Part shown: one piece after another, positions 63,201 to 64,000 of the stretch
Layout of the letters: each line of letters starts with the position of its first letter
How positions within the stretch are numbered: position 1 is the first letter of the stretch
From: Eledone cirrhosa
Lineage: Eukaryota
DNA length: 64,000 nt
Assembly (NCBI GenBank): GCA_964016885.1
Contig: OZ024740.1
Location: 15,934,001-15,998,000, forward strand
Reading direction: 5' to 3'
The notes under the pieces: generated by a model
What the model was told of the DNA's origin: nothing
The model's database searches: none
The model's input: only the letters and a program-made list of their open reading frames with translations
Translations under genes and position numbers: made by a program

Positions 63201-64000
63201 AGAGCTGGATAGCAGAAGGTCTTCAGAGAAGAAACTCTCGGGAGAGCTGGACAGCAGAAGGTCTTTAGAGAAGAAACTCTCTGGAGAGCTAGACAGCAGA
63301 AGGTCTTCAGAGAAGAAACTCTCGGGAGAGCTGGACAGCAGAAGGTCTTTAGAGAAGAAACTCTCTGGAGAGCTAGACAGCAGAAGGTCTTCAGAGAAGA
63401 AACTCTGAAGAGAGTTGGACAGCAGAAGGTCTTCAGAGAACAAACTCACGGGAGAGCTGGACAGCTGAAGGTCTTCAGAGATAAACTCTCGGGAGAGCTG
63501 GACATCAGAAGGTCTTCAGAGAATAAACTCTCGGGAGAGCTCGACAGCAGAAGGTCTTCAGAGAAGAAACTCTCGGGAGAGCTGGACAGCAGAAGGTCTT
63601 CAGAGAAGAAACTCTCGGTCGAGCTGGACAGCAGAAGGTCTTCGGAGAAGAAACTGTCAGGAGAGCTGGACAGTAGGTCTTCAGAGAAGAAACTCTCGGG
63701 AGTGCTGGACAGCAGAAGGTCTTTAGAGAAGAAACTCTCAGAATAGCTGGACAGCAGAAGGTCTTTAGAGAAGAAACTGTCAGGAGAGCTGGACAGTAGA
63801 AGGTCTTTAGAGAAGAAACTCTCAGGAGAGCTGGACAGTAGAAGGTCTTCAGATAAGAAACTGTCAGGAGACCTGGACAGCAGAAGGTCTTTAGAGAAGA
63901 AACTCTCAGGAGAGCTGGCCAGCAGAAGGTCTTAAGAGAAGAAACTGTCAGGAGAGCTGGACAGCAGATGGTCTTCAGCAAAGAAACTCTCAGAAGAGTT
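53715..64000. repeat. Copy 2 of 27223-35999, with an extra 1551-bp duplication, one extra monomer and two missing monomers
   Basis: Offset steps 26492 to 28043 (+1551) to 28085 (+42) to 28001 (-84); private variants GACCCCAG, ACACTGTC, CTCGCAGG, GGAGCGC and GATCAGCAG occur in both copies. Confidence 0.93.
54176..57300. repeat. Tandem duplication of a 1551-bp (37-monomer) unit
   Basis: ORF pairs 55157/56708, 55188/56739 and 55536/57087 are offset by 1551; one visible difference (GGAGATC vs GTAGATC near 56986). Confidence 0.92.

Larger units (their letters stand above)
1..64000. repeat. 42-bp tandem satellite array (about 1,530 monomers), consensus AGAAGGTCTTCAGAGAAGAAACTCTCRGGAGAGCTRGACAGC, reaching both window ends
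   Basis: The same 42-mer recurs head-to-tail from base 1 to 64000. Every ORF is a 14-aa periodic translation (RRSSEKKLSGELDS, QQKVFREETLRRAG, AEGLQRRNSQESWT, SSSPESFFSEDLLL, LLRVSSLKTFCCPA). Length variants of 38-41 bp are interspersed. No orientation switch seen. Confidence 0.99.

Noticed and set aside
1-64000. Numerous long ORFs as protein-coding genes
   Set aside because: The unit is 3n and stop-free in five frames. ORFs overlap on both strands, switch between peptide phases at indels, often start at TTG/GTG, and have no unique domains. Stops and frameshifts are propagated in duplicates.
1-64000. CRISPR array
   Set aside because: There are no unique spacers between repeats, no leader and no cas genes; monomers are directly adjacent.
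1-64000. Identity with known 41-42-bp satellites (human HSat1A, avian CNM-like) or telomeric repeats
   Set aside because: HSat1A is very AT-rich and CNM-type repeats have alternating A and T tracts. This unit is about 50% GC with no T tract and no TTAGGG. Only the length matches; a Dfam/Repbase search is needed for assignment.
1-64000. Heat-shock elements, G-quadruplexes or long triplex tracts
   Set aside because: GAA/TTC spacings are 3 and 4 nt rather than the 2 nt of an HSE. G runs are at most one per monomer, and pure purine runs are only about 10 nt.
1-64000. Synthetic construct (one BbsI site GTCTTC and one AluI site per monomer)
   Set aside because: The nested duplications, scattered point mutations, indels and CpG-type changes look like natural evolution; the sites are incidental.
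1-64000. Embedded transposon, inversion or unique island
   Set aside because: None seen on reading through, and every ORF translation is satellite-derived in one orientation. An insertion of a few bp could have been missed.

Overview
The whole 64-kb window is one uninterrupted, head-to-tail, single-orientation satellite array with a 42-bp monomer. The consensus read by eye is AGAAGGTCTTCAGAGAAGAAACTCTCRGGAGAGCTRGACAGC (about 50% GC, about 67% purine on +), giving roughly 1,530 monomers. I see no unique sequence, genes, RNA genes, transposons or CRISPR spacers. The long ORFs follow from a 42-bp (3n) unit that is stop-free in five of six frames. Diagnostic variants show nested higher-order structure: tandem duplications of about 1.0, 1.13, 1.41, 1.55, 2.0 and 3.46 kb, dispersed block copies at 6.65, 8.69 and 8.89 kb offsets, and a copy at 26.5-28 kb offset. 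The variant repertoire changes at about 19-20 kb. Most notable points: (i) the commonest polymorphisms are synonymous in the RRSSEKKLSGELDS frame, hinting at a coding-repeat origin; (ii) the monomer is tiled by four short dyads, one of which is a TTCN3GAA (GAS/STAT-type) motif, and several variants perfect these palindromes; (iii) young copies differ by CpG-type transitions. I cannot identify the organism or satellite family from the sequence alone; the architecture is typical of eukaryotic heterochromatic satellite DNA. Block boundaries were set by eye and are approximate.
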